A stretch of DNA of 64,000 bases from Octopus vulgaris (taxonomy: Eukaryota): positions 20,770,001 to 20,834,000 of the forward strand of contig OX597820.1 in NCBI GenBank assembly GCA_951406725.2, given 5' to 3'. The notes beneath the pieces were generated by a model. That model was not told where the DNA came from, ran no database searches, and was given only the letters and a program-made list of their open reading frames with translations. Shown piece after piece: positions 11,408 through 24,840 of this stretch. Position 1 is the first letter of the stretch; each line of letters starts with the position of its first letter. A program made the translations under genes and the position numbers.

Positions 11408-14077
11408 TCAGGACACTTCCTCCAGGATCTTCCAGATGTATATTATGGCATATCTTTCCCGCCTACGCTCCAGGGAATATAATTTTAATCTCTTGAGTCT
11501 TTCCCAGTAGCTTACATTCTGCATAGAGGCTATCTTCTTTGTGTAGCTTCGTTGGATCGCCTCAAGTTCTGTGATCAACTTGACACTGGATGGTGACCAT
11601 AGCTGAGAGCAATAGTCAAAGTGGCTTAAGACAAGTGTCTTCCAGAGGACCATCATGGTTTCTTGTTCTCTTGTTCTAAAGGTTCTAAGAATCCATCCAG
11701 CCAGCCGTCTACATTTCATTGTCAGTTTAGCAACATGTACATGAAAGGTCGCGTCATCACTCATGTGAATACCCAGGTCACGCACTGATTGTGCCTCTGG
11801 GATTGCAATCCCTCCGGGTCCAGTGTATTCATTGGGTATTGCATTCAGTTTTGCATGCTGATAGTATAAAGCTTGAAACTTTCCAGCATTGAACTGCATG
11901 CTATTCTTTTCAGCCCACTTGTATATTTCGTCCAGCTCACATTGCAGGTGTTTAGTGTCCTCAGGGTTCTGTATTGCCTGTGAAACTTTTGTATCATCTG
12001 CATAACTTGTGATCGTGGCTGAGGGCATGTCTGAGAGGGCCATTATGAACAGTAGTGGTCCCAGAACAGTGCCCTGCGGAACACCGCTCACTATTTGTGT
12101 GTTAATGGAGGTGGCCCCATTGGCTACTACCACCTGACTTCTATCCTTCAGAAAGTCATGAAGCCATTCTCCCAGTTTTCCAACTATGTTGAGATCACGC
12201 AGTTTGTGACATATCATTCCATGATCGACTTTATCAAAGGCCTTTGCAAAGTCGAGATATATCACTTCCACATTTGAGTGGTTGAGCAGCCGTTTCAGCA
12301 CCCAGTCATAGTGTTGTAGGAGCTGAGTTAAACAGCTTCTCCCTGGTCGGAAACCATGTTGGGTGTCGGGCAGCAAGTCATTCTCTTCAAGGAAGGTGAT
12401 CAGCTTCCTTCTGACTATTCGTTCCATGACCTTGCTGATGTGTGAGGTCAGAGAGATAGGTCTATAGTTCTTGGCTTCCGCTCTGCTACCTCCTTTATGA
12501 ATGGGGCATATTTTACCTTCCTTCAGTTTTCCTGGAAGTTTGCCAGCTGCAAGGAAGCTCTGAAAGAGGAACTGCAGTGGTCTTGCTAGGACTCTCTTAC
12601 ATGCTTTTAGGAGGATTGCCGGGAATCCATCAGGGCCAGTAGCTGAGTCTGTTTTCATTTCATCTATAGCCTTGGTTACATCGTCTTCCTTTATATCGAT
12701 GTAATCTATCGTCGCCGCCTCTGATTTTATATCTGCAGTGGTAAAAAAGTCAGTTGGATTGGTGATTTGGAGATGCCCAAGGGGTGGAGTGAAAACACTC
12801 TTGAATTGCTCATTCAGTATTTCACTTACCCTCATTGGTTTTCCTGTAAGTGTGCCATCCTTTTCGAGGAGTGGCCCTATTCTACAGTGCACTGTAGCTG
12901 TTTCTTTGGCATACCTGTAGAAAGCTCTGGGGTTAGATTTTATGTTTTCTATAGCCCAGGCTTCTTTGTCTGCTCTTTCTTTTTGATGGGAGAGTTGCAG
13001 ACATTTTTCGATTTCCAACAGTTTTATTTTTAGGCGGGACTTTTCACTGCTTTCAATCTGTTTGTTTAGGCGATTTGAAAATTTCGTACGCCGTCTCATT
13101 AAAATTTTCCTCTCTCTGGGGATTTTGTTCTTGTGTACAGTGGCCTTTCTCTCTGGGACACATTTGTAGCATATGGCTTGCATTACAGACATGAATTGTT
13201 GAAGTTTCACGTCGATGTCTGGCGAGGAGAGACATTTAGGCCAGTTTTGTTTGAGGATCTCTTTCTCAATTTGTTTCCAGTTTGCCTTATGGTAGTTCAA
13301 GCTGGAAAGATTTTGAGGGTTTCTTGTAGGCTGCATGTCCGTGCTCTCTTTTGGCCCGTACATGGTCAGCTCTATAATGTTGTGATCCGAGAGTAGTGTC
13401 GGTGTCACTTTCACATTATGGATGAGATCCATGTCATTTGTGAAGCAGAGATCCAGTGTGTTACCTGCCCTGGTTGGTTGGAGTATTACCTGCTCCATGT
13501 ACAGGGTGTTGATGAGGTTCAGGAGGGACCTCGCCTGTCCTCGTTCACATCTTGTCATTCCTGGGAGAGAAAGGCCCTCGGGCCATCTGACATTGGGCAG
13601 ATTGAAGTCTCCCATAAGAAGCACACCTATGTGTTGTTCTAATGTGGTTAGAATTTCTTCTATTTTTATAAGGCAGTCTTCAAACTTGCCCACATGGCTT
13701 GGGGCATCTGGAGGGCGATATGTAGCACACACAACTACATCAAGTTGCCTAATATGTACAATTAGTGTGTCACACACCGAGTTTGAGTGTGACAAGAAGA
13801 CCTGGGGTGTGAGGTCCTCACGGATGTACATAGCAACACCTCCATGACTCCTTTCTTTCCTGTCGGTCCGTAGTACAGCATACTGTGGTATGTGTAACTC
13901 CGCATCTGCTATGTCCGGTTTCAGGTGCGTTTCTGTAAGTGCTATGCATATGGCTTGATTGCATGCAACAAAGTCTCTCAGGAACGGGATCTTTGTCCTG
14001 TTACTGAGTGTTTGCAGTCCTCTGATGTTCAGTAGGAGTATCGAGGTGAGGTATACGTTGTTGCCGGCGGTGTCCAT
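11408..14077 (-). CDS. LINE ORF2 (AP endonuclease + reverse transcriptase); frameshift near 11410 with the C-terminus continuing in another frame to 11094
   Basis: APE motifs LLLNIRGL, LTETHL, GGVAMY, YRPP, MGDFN, LDLCF, SDH. RT motifs GPDG, NYRPISLTS, QHGFRPGRSC, LDFAKAFDKV, GVPQGTVLGP, YADD. Confidence 0.93.
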   Translation of the reverse strand: MDTAGNNVYLTSILLLNIRGLQTLSNRTKIPFLRDFVACNQAICIALTETHLKPDIADAELHIPQYAVLRTDRKERSHGGVAMYIREDLTPQVFLSHSNSVCDTLIVHIRQLDVVVCATYRPPDAPSHVGKFEDCLIKIEEILTTLEQHIGVLLMGDFNLPNVRWPEGLSLPGMTRCERGQARSLLNLINTLYMEQVILQPTRAGNTLDLCFTNDMDLIHNVKVTPTLLSDHNIIELTMYGPKESTDMQPTRNPQNLSSLNYHKANWKQIEKEILKQNWPKCLSSPDIDVKLQQFMSVMQAICYKCVPERKATVHKNKIPRERKILMRRRTKFSNRLNKQIESSEKSRLKIKLLEIEKCLQLSHQKERADKEAWAIENIKSNPRAFYRYAKETATVHCRIGPLLEKDGTLTGKPMRVSEILNEQFKSVFTPPLGHLQITNPTDFFTTADIKSEAATIDYIDIKEDDVTKAIDEMKTDSATGPDGFPAILLKACKRVLARPLQFLFQSFLAAGKLPGKLKEGKICPIHKGGSRAEAKNYRPISLTSHISKVMERIVRRKLITFLEENDLLPDTQHGFRPGRSCLTQLLQHYDWVLKRLLNHSNVEVIYLDFAKAFDKVDHGMICHKLRDLNIVGKLGEWLHDFLKDRSQVVVANGATSINTQIVSGVPQGTVLGPLLFIMALSDMPSATITSYADDTKVSQAIQNPEDTKHLQCELDEIYKWAEKNSMQFNAGKFQALYYQHAKLNAIPNEYTGPGGIAIPEAQSVRDLGIHMSDDATFHVHVAKLTMKCRRLAGWILRTFRTREQETMMVLWKTLVLSHFDYCSQLWSPSSVKLITELEAIQRSYTKKIASMQNVSYWERLKRLKLYSLERRRERYAIIYIWKILEEVS

Positions 14078-14462
14078 CCTGTGTCTGTTTGCTGTGGTGG
14101 TCTGGTATATAGTGGGTAGTCCCACCTGCGGGCTTGGGTTTGATGAAGCCAGGTCAGCTGCTGTACAATCTTTTGTGCCATGCACAAAAAAGATTGTTGC
14201 TCAGCAGCTGCTCTTTCGACAACATCATGTTGGCTGTTTGTGGCGCGCACAACATCTGCGTACCTCCGCTTTGGGGCAGGTGGTGCGTGGTCCATCCCTT
14301 TTCTTTGTGTTGATGGTTTGTCCATCTGCCTCGTGTCTCTGTGGCAGGGTCCCCGATGTGCAAAGCGGCAGCCTGCACCTTCCTTTCCATGCCAGCAGGA
14401 ACCTCTCAGGTAGAACATACACACCCGTGTGCGCTGTTTGGTTCCATCCTTTGCGGTTCCAC

Positions 14463-14466
<4 letters not shown>
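14029..14466 (-). CDS. C-terminal part of LINE ORF1 with a CCCH-like motif
   Basis: CMFYLRGSCWHGKEGAGCRFAH; stop at 14029 overlapping the ORF2 start. Confidence 0.6.
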
Positions 14467-14522
<56 letters not shown>

Positions 14523-14532
14523 GACAACAAAA

Positions 14533-15181
14533 GAATGAGATCTCGATATTAGATAAATAGAGGATTATTTATATATGTTATAATCTAGAATAAACGGTAA
14601 AAGGTTGTCATTATAGTACTCGGAGTTTCGAATGTAGTACAAAGAGCTACGATACATTCTCGTATCGTCATTAATGGCAACAGGGTCTATAAAAATAAAA
14701 AGTTGAATAAAAGGAAGTTAACTGAATTTTGAAAATAGAAATAATATATTCCTAAATCTCTCAGAAAGATTTATGCAGTAGCAGCACGATAAAGTGATAG
14801 TATGTTGTTAGCTTAATGTGACAATGACTCTGAGACTAGTTTCTGGATGCTGGCTTTGCTGGGTGGAGGTGCTTATCTCCACTTTGAAAACATAAGGACA
14901 CAGGAAATGGGTCAAGTCCAACAGGAAACGGTGTTTCCTAGGGCTAAATAACAGTAGCGTTCTTCCTTTTTATGGGACTCTCACATTAAGTTAACAACAT
15001 ACTATCACTTTACAAGGAAGTTATTCTAATAGGTAGAACAAGAAAAAAAGCAAGAAACGAAAAAACACAATTCGGCAGTCGAAACTCTGAGTACTATTAT
15101 AACAAACTGTTACTGTTTGTTCTAAATTATATATATATATATATAAATAATCCACTATTTATCTAATATCGAGGTCTCATT
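14533..15181. repeat. Nested inverted repeats with a degenerate HHR (PLE-like terminal structure)
   Basis: 14533-14630 pairs with ~15078-15181, and ~14790-14820 pairs with ~14981-15011. Minus strand reads GA-gaatgta...tacattc-GAAA-ctccgag-TA. Confidence 0.7.
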
Positions 15182-15189
15182 CTAACTAA

Positions 15190-15525
15190 AAATACTAATG
15201 GACCAGCGCAAGATCGGTTAAGGAAGGGTATTATCCATTTTATGAAAATATTCGATCTTAGCATAACAATAGATACCAACCTGACGGTTGCCAATTTCCT
15301 TGACGTATCTCTAGATTTACAAATGAATATTTACAAACCGAATAGAAAGCCCAACGATAGTCTTAGTTATATTAATGTAGGTTCCTGCCTACCCTTCACA
15401 GTATTTAAGAATTCAGTTAAGAATTTCTAGCTTCTCCTCCAATATAAACATGTCTAAAAATACTACCCCACTATATTGCAATGCGCTTAAAGCTAGTAGA
15501 TTTGAAGAGGAAATAGTTTACACAC
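15190..15525 (+). pseudogene. Penelope-like element RT C-terminal/thumb remnant
   Basis: LSITIDTNLTVANFLDVSLDL..YKPNRKPNDSLSYIN...PLYCNALKAS matches the PLE RT pattern; interrupted. Confidence 0.8.
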
Positions 15526-15534
15526 CTGTACATA

Positions 15535-15702
15535 TATACGACGGGCTTCTTTCAGTTTCCGTTTACCAAATCCACTCACAAGGCTTAGGTCGGCTCGAGG
15601 CTATGGCAGAAGACACACTTGCCCAAGGTGCCACGCAGTGGGACTGAAACCGGAACCATGTGGTTGGTAAGCAAGCTACTTACAACACAGCCACTCCTGC
15701 GC
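15535..15702 (-). mobile_element. SINE family B, 5' half
   Basis: Reverse complement of the family B head. Confidence 0.85.
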
Positions 15703-15711
15703 TTATATATA

Positions 15712-15823
<112 letters not shown>

Positions 15824-16068
15824 ATCAACCGATAAAGGTGAGAAAATTGGGTACTAATTTAATAGCACATCCATTTACCACCAAGTGGCTTAGTGCATAA
15901 AAAACCCGGATTACGACACATTTTATACATAAATATAAGAGAGTGACCACCATGTGGTCTACTCTAGCACTAAAAATAGATCCGCGAGGTTTCAGCCACA
16001 AAAGAAATTGTTTCCGTTGAAATTTAGCGCAAATGAACAGTGCAAATAAACATAACAAAATGTAGATT

Positions 16069-16149
16069 AGTTCGAGACAATTCTTTCGCTATTAATAAAA
16101 TTATGTGGTTTTACTTACATAAATTTATCTGTAGCTCCTCAGCCGAACC
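16069..16149 (-). ncRNA. Type I hammerhead ribozyme, minus-arm copy
   Basis: ggttcgg-CTGAGGA-gcta...tagc-GAAA-gaattg-TC-tcgaact; one substitution in stem III. Confidence 0.75.
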
Positions 16150-16935
16150 CGTCCAGGATACAATTTACTCGATCGCACGCTAGACTTCACCATAACGATA
16201 AATGTAATGTGGTCGACTCGATTGTACCCGCTGTTATAATTTAAGTGCCCCTGTCATCGCCCGCCGAAATTCACGGAAACAAATACTACATCCAAAATTA
16301 AGTGCAGCATAATTACAATCAACCGATAAGGGTGAGAAAATTGGGTACTAATTTAATAGCACATCCATTTACCACCAAGTTGCTTAGTGCATAAAAAACC
16401 CGGATTACGACACATTTTATACATAAATATAAGAGAGTGACCACCATGTGGTCTACTCTAGCACTAAAAATAGATCCGCGAGGTTTCAGCCACAAAAGAA
16501 ATTCGAACTAATCTACATTTTGTTATGTTTATTTGCACTGTTCATTTGCGCTGGTAGTAGTGCTAAATTTCAACGGAAACAATTTCTTTTGTGGCTGAAA
16601 CCTCGCGGATCTATTTTTAGTGCTAGAGTAGACCACATGGTGATCACTCTCTTATATTTATGTACAAAATGTGTTGTAATCCGGGTTTTTTATGCACTAA
16701 GCAACTTGGTGGTAAATGGTTGTGCTATTAAATTAGTACCCAATTTTCTCACCCTTATCGGTTGATTGTAATTATGCTGCATTTAATTTTGGATGTAGTA
16801 TTTGTTTCCGTGAATTTTGGCGGGCGATGACTGGGGCACTTAAATTATAACAGCGGGTACAATCGAGTCGACCACACGTACGTTTATCGTTATAGTGAAG
16901 TCTAGCGTGCGATCGAGTAAATTGTATCCTGGACG

Positions 16936-17016
16936 AGTTCGGCTGAGGAGCTACAGATAAATTTATGTAAGTAATACCACATAATTTTATTAATAGCGAA
17001 ACAATTGTCTCGAACT
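16936..17016 (+). ncRNA. Type I hammerhead ribozyme with intact core; predicted cleavage after C17009
   Basis: Stem I agttcgg/tcgaact, CTGAGGA at 16943-16949, extended stem II gcta...tagc, GAAA at 16998-17001, palindromic stem III CAATTG and a GUC triplet. Confidence 0.88.
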
Positions 17017-17159
17017 AATCTACATTTTGTTATGTTTATTTGCACTGTTCATTTGCGCTGGTAGTAGTGCTAAATTTCAACGGAAACAATTTCTTTTGTT
17101 GCTGAAACCTCGCGGATCTATTTTTAGTGCTAGAGTAGACCTCATGGTGGTCACTCTCT

Positions 17160-17286
<127 letters not shown>

Positions 17287-18837
17287 GTATATATATTACT
17301 TTCGCTTCGCAGTATTATGGGGTGTCTTGGATAACATTAAAAATTGAGGCTTTCAAAAAAGTTATCACTCTGTGGTGTTGGCAGTGGTGACGGTTGTGGT
17401 GGTGGGGTGTCATTGTGGTGGTAGCGGTCATGGTGGTAGCGGTCGGTTTGTAATTCTAGTAATAAATTACTGACACGCATTTACATAGGAATTAAATATC
17501 TGAATTATAATTATTAAGACAACGATTAACTAGTTCGTCGTATACATATGACAATCAAATCGCCACTTTCACTTGACCTTCTTTGCTGTGCTTCAATGAA
17601 TTCGTTCAGTTTGGTTTGCTTCATACACAAGTGATTGTTAAAAATCTTTATTTAATCAGCACATTTATTCTCTGAGGCTCGATTTTATGTATTTATTCCG
17701 TAGACGAAAGAAAAGAAATGCACAGAAAAAAATAGTTATACGTTTATTCTGTCATAATTATTGCTTTTTTTCTTACACTACATTACTGGCAGATGGTTCT
17801 ATTTGACACAGCTGAAAATAAAACGTATAATAATATTAATAATAAAATGGGGTCCATTAGGTTATCTGTCGGTATGTCTAACGATATGCTGTCTGAGAAC
17901 AATACTGTGTATTATTATAGGTGTTGTCGGCTTTTGGATAACTGCTTTAATAAATTATCCGTTTGTTAGTTATTTGTTATCTTTGCCTTTAACATCATTA
18001 TTTCGCATAACTGCTCAATTCAAGTAAAAATCTGCGGTTGTCCAGTCATCAATTTATCGTTGCAGCTAATGAAATAATCTGCAAGACGAAATGCTGCCAT
18101 GTTCATTCATACATACGTATTTATAAAGTACAGCTAACCTATTTCTGTCTATAAACGAAAAATATTAAAGTTTCATGTCTGTAAAGACGCCATATTTCAA
18201 CTTATCATTTTGAGCTCGACATTTTTTTCCTGCTATGGAAAAATTTGTTGTAATCAAGCAATGTTGAGTAACGAAACAAAAACATGACAAAAAAAAAAAA
18301 AGAAAGAAAATGTGATGCGATTACAATTCAAGTTTTATTACAAAGTTTCTGTTAAATCATAATAGTAATATATCAAAGTTATAAAGGACTACGCTGAAAC
18401 ACAATCGCTTGTCTTGTATACGTGATAGCTTAATCTGTTTGGAATAAAAGCGAAATCTCACTTAAAATCATATTTTTCTTTCTTAGAAAAATAATGAATG
18501 GGTGATCTCTTTGGATGATGTAACTATATATACATTATGGAACAAATATAGGAACAGAAAAAAGAAGATGTGATGCTCAAAGCTGGAACATCTTTGACCA
18601 TTAGTCAGCTCAATCGAAGCTGACTAATGGTACTATATAACAATATGGAATTATCTGTTTCAAAACGAGATTGAAAATATAGAGTACGTACGTATGTATG
18701 TATGTATGTATGTATGTATGTATGTATGTATGTATGTATGTATGTATGTATGTATGTATGTATGTATGTATGTATTAATGTATGAATGTATGTATGTATG
18801 TATGCATGCATGTATGCAGGAATGGATGGATGTGTGT

Positions 18838-19497
18838 ATGTATGTCATTATTCAGTTTATTTCAAGACTTCTTGCCAATAGAGAAAGAACCGGTTTCTAA
18901 CCTTGATCCAAGGCTCCTTCATTGGAATTCCAAAATCAACAACAGGGCATTTTTGTATGTATGTATGTATGTATGTATGTATGTATGTATGTATGTATGT
19001 ATGTATGTATGTATGTATTATGTATGTATGTTTATTTGTTTGTTTGTTTGTTTGTATGTATGTATGTATGTATGTATGTATGTATGTATGTATGTATGTG
19101 CAGATTTGTATGTTTTATGTATGTATTCTCATGCATATAGTTGCATATCTAGACATGCTCATATATACATAAATGATAAACTTCTGGAAAGTTTTACAGA
19201 TTTTTACAGTTCCAGTAATGAATTAGATCTGTAGTCTTCAAATCAGTTTTCTCCTTTCTGGTTTTGAGAAGCCTAATTTCTCAAGATTAGTATTTAAGCA
19301 GTGTGTTACATATCTCAGGGCTCCAATAATTACTGGTAAAAACCTGAACTTGTTATCTAGATAGAGTAACTGCAGATTTCTCAATTGTTCAGCATAGGTG
19401 TTCACTTTTTCACTGATCTTCAGCTTTATGTTAACATCCGCTGGGGAGCTAATTTCCACAACTGTGCACAGTTTTTCTTCTCTAACCCAAATCATTA
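18838..19497 (-). mobile_element. R4/Dong-clade non-LTR 3' fragment (RLE domain + 3' UTR) embedded in (TATG)n
   Basis: CTVVEISSPADVNIKLKISEKVNTY...LPVIIGAL matches the R4-type restriction-like endonuclease; the 3' end runs into (CATA)n. Confidence 0.8.
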
Positions 19498-19684
19498 TAT
19501 TGAAGCTATTAATTCAAGAGCAGTGTCAGTTATTAGATATAGAAATGGAGTTCTGGCCTAGGCAAAAGGCAAAATGCAGAAACTTGAGAGAAAAGCTAGA
19601 AAGCTGTTGGTTATCTATGAAGTCCACGATCCGAAAGCTGATATTTACTGGTTTTGCTTGAAGGGCGATAGAAGCATAATTGCT

Positions 19685-19860
19685 CTGGAAGAGTGAGTAC
19701 AGATGGAAAGAAAAGGCCTACTAGAATATTTACAGAAAGGCACAGAGCAATTACTAAAAGCAGTGCATAAAGAACAAGTGGTCAGAATTGGAAAAACGAA
19801 GAGAGGACAAAATTGAAATTCAAAGAAAGCATGTTATTGAGATGGAAGAGAAATCTTTGC
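19685..19860 (+). pseudogene. Decayed R4/Dong-like ORF fragment (post-RT region)
   Basis: LEE*VQMERKGLLEYLQKGTEQLLKAV resembles the post-RT segment of R4-clade proteins. Confidence 0.45.
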
Positions 19861-20048
19861 AAAAAAATATAAATATGTCTAAGTACGTGGTCCTCTGAAC
19901 AGTCACAGCTATTATAAGGGAGATAAGCATTTCGTCATAATATGGTGCAGGATTAGAAACTTGAAATTGAAATTAAAGAATTATAAGGAGAAAGATTCAT
20001 ATAGTGCACATGTTTAATTTTTTGGTTTATTTAATACGAATTTTATAA

Positions 20049-20433
20049 TCTCTCTCTATATATAAACGGCAGTTTGTCTGTCTGCGTGTCTGTGTGTCTG
20101 TTAGGTTGTACCCTCACCCTGACCACGGCTTTCAACCGATTCTGATGAAACTTGACACACACATAGCCCAATGTCATAATTCAAAACTAACGCAGCGAAA
20201 ATTTTGAAAAGTTCCCCCAGTTCTGAAAAAAATCGATAAATTCGACATGGGGTCGAGAATCAGAAACACAAACCACAGACTGTCTAGGGGACGCAACTCG
20301 ACCTTTTTAACTCTCAAAAAAAATTTACCATCATTTTTTTTCCATTTTTTGCTATTTTTTGGCTATAATTCTCTAAAAATGCTTTATAGTTATTTCCCTT
20401 ACAAACCCGAGCAACACCGGGCGATACTGCTAG
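20049..20433 (+). mobile_element. Non-autonomous Helitron
   Basis: A|TC start, (GTCT)n near the 5' end, subterminal hairpin CCCGAGCAACACCGGG and CTAG|T end. Confidence 0.8.
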
Positions 20434-21499
20434 TTAGGTATAAAACTATTTCATTCTTTTTACAAATCATTTGCATGATATACTCTGTGACTTATTGATT
20501 AAGCATATTTTCATTAGAAAAGTGAGACTTTTCATTAGAAATGGAAATTATTACAGTTTGGAGGAAATTCATAGAATATTTTTGTTTTGATTTTTTTCTT
20601 TTTTTTTTTCGTTTCTTCATAGAACTTTAGACGATTAAGAACCGAGAAAATGCAAAGTTCTTAAAGTTTACATACAGAATATTAAATGTTTCCAGGGAAT
20701 TCTACCTCATGAAATTGTTTTACAGAAGCCAATAATTTCAGTTGTAGGTACAAACAACTTTTACTTCAATGTAAAATTAGATCTGGTGCTTGAAACGGAA
20801 ACCCCTTGTGAAGGCTATCAATTCATGCTGAGTTGAACCTAAACAAGGCTTTTACACTCCAGCTAATACATGTATCACATATACTCAGTAATCCATATTA
20901 GAGTTTGAATACAGTTTCATGCTCTTATGACGCGGTCTTTTGTAAATGATAGTAATTTTCTATCATGATACTCTCACCTATGAAGGTAGTAGCGTTGAAT
21001 TGGTAATTACAAGTTCGTAGTTTCGATTCCTGGAGCGGGCGATGCGTTATATTCTTGACCAAAACACTTCATTTCACGCTGAGGCTGTTCCAGTTCACGC
21101 AGGTGTAAATGTGTAACTTTCTGATGTCTTGTTCAAGGGAAAACTTGTGATTTCAGTCACTTGTACGCCTCGAAAACCGGGTAACCAGCCCTATGAATTC
21201 TAAGACCCGATGCAGTACTTATTTACTCTCATCCTGCTATTTTGAAAGAAAAAGAAAGAGAGATAAAGAGGTTGCGGATTACTCTGTCAAATATAATTTT
21301 ATTTATTCTTGTTATTTTGAATTAATCCTGTATTATCTCTTGACACTGAGATTTCGATGATGCGATTGTTTATCATCGAATGACATTATACGATAAGTAT
21401 GAGAGACCAGATTTGGGCCGTTTGAACATAAAACAGGTAGAATATTTAAGCCCAGTAAAATCAGTATCCATGCTAAAAGGCTACAAGACAAAGCGTAGT

Positions 21500-22143
21500 A
21501 CCATAGACTCCATAATACCATAGACTCCATAATACCATAGACTCCGTAATACCATAGACTCCACAACACCACAGATTCCATAACACCATTGACTCCATAA
21601 CACCATAAACTCCAGATTCCATAACACCACAGATTCCATAACACCATAGACTCCAGACTCCATAATACCACAGACTCCATAATACCATAGACTCCATAAC
21701 ACCACAGATTCCATAACACCATTGACTCCATAACACCATAGACTCCAGACTCCATAACACCACAGATTCCATAACACCATTGACTCCATAACACCATAAA
21801 CTCCAGACTCCATAACACCATAGACTCCATAACACCACAGATTCCATAACACCATAGACTCCAGACTCCATAATACCACAGACTCCATAATACCATAGAC
21901 TCCATAACACCACAGATTCCATAACACCATTGACTCCATAACACCATAGACTCCAGACTCCATAACACCACAGATTCCATAACACCATTGACTCCATAAC
22001 ACCATAGACTCCAGACTCCATAAAACCATAGACTCCAGACTCCATAACACCATAGACTCCAGACTCCATAACACCATAGACTCCAGACTCCATAACACCA
22101 TAGACTCCATAATACCATAGACTCCATAACACCATAGATTCCA
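21500..22143. repeat. 17-bp minisatellite (CCATAGACTCCATAACA) with 24-bp variant units
   Basis: Directly visible; explains the three overlapping repetitive minus-strand ORFs. Confidence 0.92.
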
Positions 22144-22339
22144 GAGTACCACAGAGGGCGTAAGTCTTAATTCTTCAGCTGAATAACTGACATTTTATCT
22201 GGATTTTTATTGCTATTGAGGAATCTTAAGAAATAAGGTAACTAAATGTTTCTTTTCATCATTTTTTTCACTTGGTCTTGGCTTCTTGGACTCTCAAAGC
22301 TTCTGGAATTTGTACTACTTGTGAAAAACCACATAAATA

Positions 22340-22872
<533 letters not shown>

Positions 22873-23174
22873 CGCTGTTGTTGTTGCCTTCACAGGAATA
22901 TGGCAAGAAGCACAATTAATGATAAAACAAGATGGAAAATAATAATAGAAAAAAAAGGAAATAGAACAAGGTAGAAAGAGTAGGAAGAATAAGGTCCCCC
23001 GTCAAATATAATCGATGGAGGCAAGAAGTTGGTGGATGTTTATTGTTCAGAATTCAAGATGGCAGAGGTGATTTGAGTGAGGGAAGTTCCACTTGAGAAA
23101 CTAGAAACATAAATGGAGAAGCGATAAGCCAAACATTAACGAAATTACATGAAATATAATTGCTATTAACTTTA

Positions 23175-24075
23175 CCTTCTTCTTCTTCTTCTTCTTCTTC
23201 TTCTTCTTCTTCTTCTTCTTCTTCTTCTTCTTCTTCTTCTCCTCCTTCTTCTTCTCCTTCTTCTTCTTCTCCTTCTTCTTCTCCCTCTTCTTCTTCTCCT
23301 CCTTCTTCTTCTCCTTCTTCTTCTTCTTCTTCTTCTTCTTCTTCTCTTCTTCTTCTTCTTCTTCTTCTTCTTCTTCTTCTTCTTCTTCTTCTTCTTCTTC
23401 TGCTCCTTCTCCTCCTTCTCCTTCTTCTTCTTCTTCTTCTCCTTCTCCTCCTTCTCCTTCTTCTTCTCCTTCTTCTCCTTCTTCTTCTTCTTCTTCTTCT
23501 TCTTCTTCTTCTTCTCCTCCTCTTCTTCTTCTTCTTCTTCTTCTTCTTCTTCTCCTCCTCATTCTTCTTCATCTTCTTCTCCTTCTTCTTCTTCATCTTC
23601 TTCTCCTCCTTCTCCTTCTTCTTCTTCTTCTTCTTCTTCTTCTCCTTCTTCTCCTTCTTCTCCTTCTTCTTCTTCTCCTTCTCCTTCTTCTTCTTCTTCT
23701 TCTTCTTCTCCTTCTTCTTCTTCTTCTTCTTCTCCTCCTTCTCCTTCTTCTTCTTTTCTTCTTCTTCTTCTTCTTCTTCTTCTCCTCCTCCTTCTCCTTC
23801 TTCTTTTTCTTCTTCTTCTTCTCCTTCTTCTCTTCTTCTTCTTCTTCTTCTTCTTCTTCTTCTCCTTCTCCTTCTCCTTCTTCTTCTTCTTCCCCTCCTT
23901 CTCCTTCTTCTTCTTCTTCTTCTTCTTTTCCTCCTCCTTCTTCTTCTTCTTCTTCTTCTTCTTCTTCTTCTTCTTCTTCTTCTCCTCCTTCTCCTCCTCC
24001 TTCTCCTCCTCCTTCTTCTTCTTCTTCTTCTTCTTCTTCTTCTTCTTCTTCTTCTTCTTCTCCTTCTCCTTCTTG
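23175..24075. repeat. ~900-bp (TTC/CTC)n polypyrimidine microsatellite
   Basis: Directly visible; almost purely C/T. Confidence 0.95.
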
Positions 24076-24335
24076 TAGATTGTCCTTGTGTTGACACTCT
24101 CACCTATGTCCCTCAGGCAAATAAAGAAATCTATTATTATTATTATTATTATTATTGTTGTTGGGGTTGTTTTTGTTATTGATGTTGATGTTGCTGCTTC
24201 TGCTGTTGTGGTTGTTGTTGCTGTCGTGAGGAGGTTTGGTTGATTTATGTATAAATAGTTGCGCTGTTGCTAAGATGACTGTGAAGTGTTAAGGAAACGA
24301 TCCATTTGTAAATCACAGCTTCTTGTGCTTTGAGG

Positions 24336-24339
<4 letters not shown>

Positions 24340-24401
<62 letters not shown>

Positions 24402-24410
24402 ATATATACA

Positions 24411-24460
<50 letters not shown>

Positions 24461-24629
24461 TATACATATATATATATATATATACATATATATATACATA
24501 TATATACATATATATATATATACGCATATGTATATATGTATATATATAAATCATCATCCTCACCATCATTCTAATCATCATCTTCATCATCATTTAACGT
24601 CCGTTGTCCATGCTTATATATATATACGT

Positions 24630-24719
<90 letters not shown>

Positions 24720-24809
24720 GCATGTACATACATATTATATATATATATATATATAATATATATACATGTGTATATATATATGTATGTATTACGTATGTAT
24801 GTATGTATG

Positions 24810-24838
<29 letters not shown>
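24340..24838. repeat. (CA)n/(TA)n/(TATG)n compound microsatellite
   Basis: Directly visible. Confidence 0.9.

Positions 24839-24840
<2 letters not shown>

Larger units (their letters stand above)
11005..14466 (-). mobile_element. CR1-group LINE, 5'-truncated in ORF1, with (ATCA)n tail
   Basis: APE-RT ORF2, the end of ORF1, a 3' stem-loop at 11029-11067 and a tandem tail at ~11005-11025. Confidence 0.95.

Noticed and set aside
13959-14552. Plus-strand ORFs over the LINE
   Set aside because: Antisense shadows of ORF1/ORF2.
18020-18101. Minus-strand MAAFRLADYF resembling the SBF/MTMR N-terminus
   Set aside because: Similarity stops after a few residues and the frame closes; likely chance.
21333-22152. 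Repetitive 220-264 aa ORFs and a CRISPR-like appearance
   Set aside because: Minisatellite with no unique spacers and no cas genes; eukaryotic context.
23054-24182. 340-349 aa low-complexity ORFs
   Set aside because: Translations of (TTC)n.
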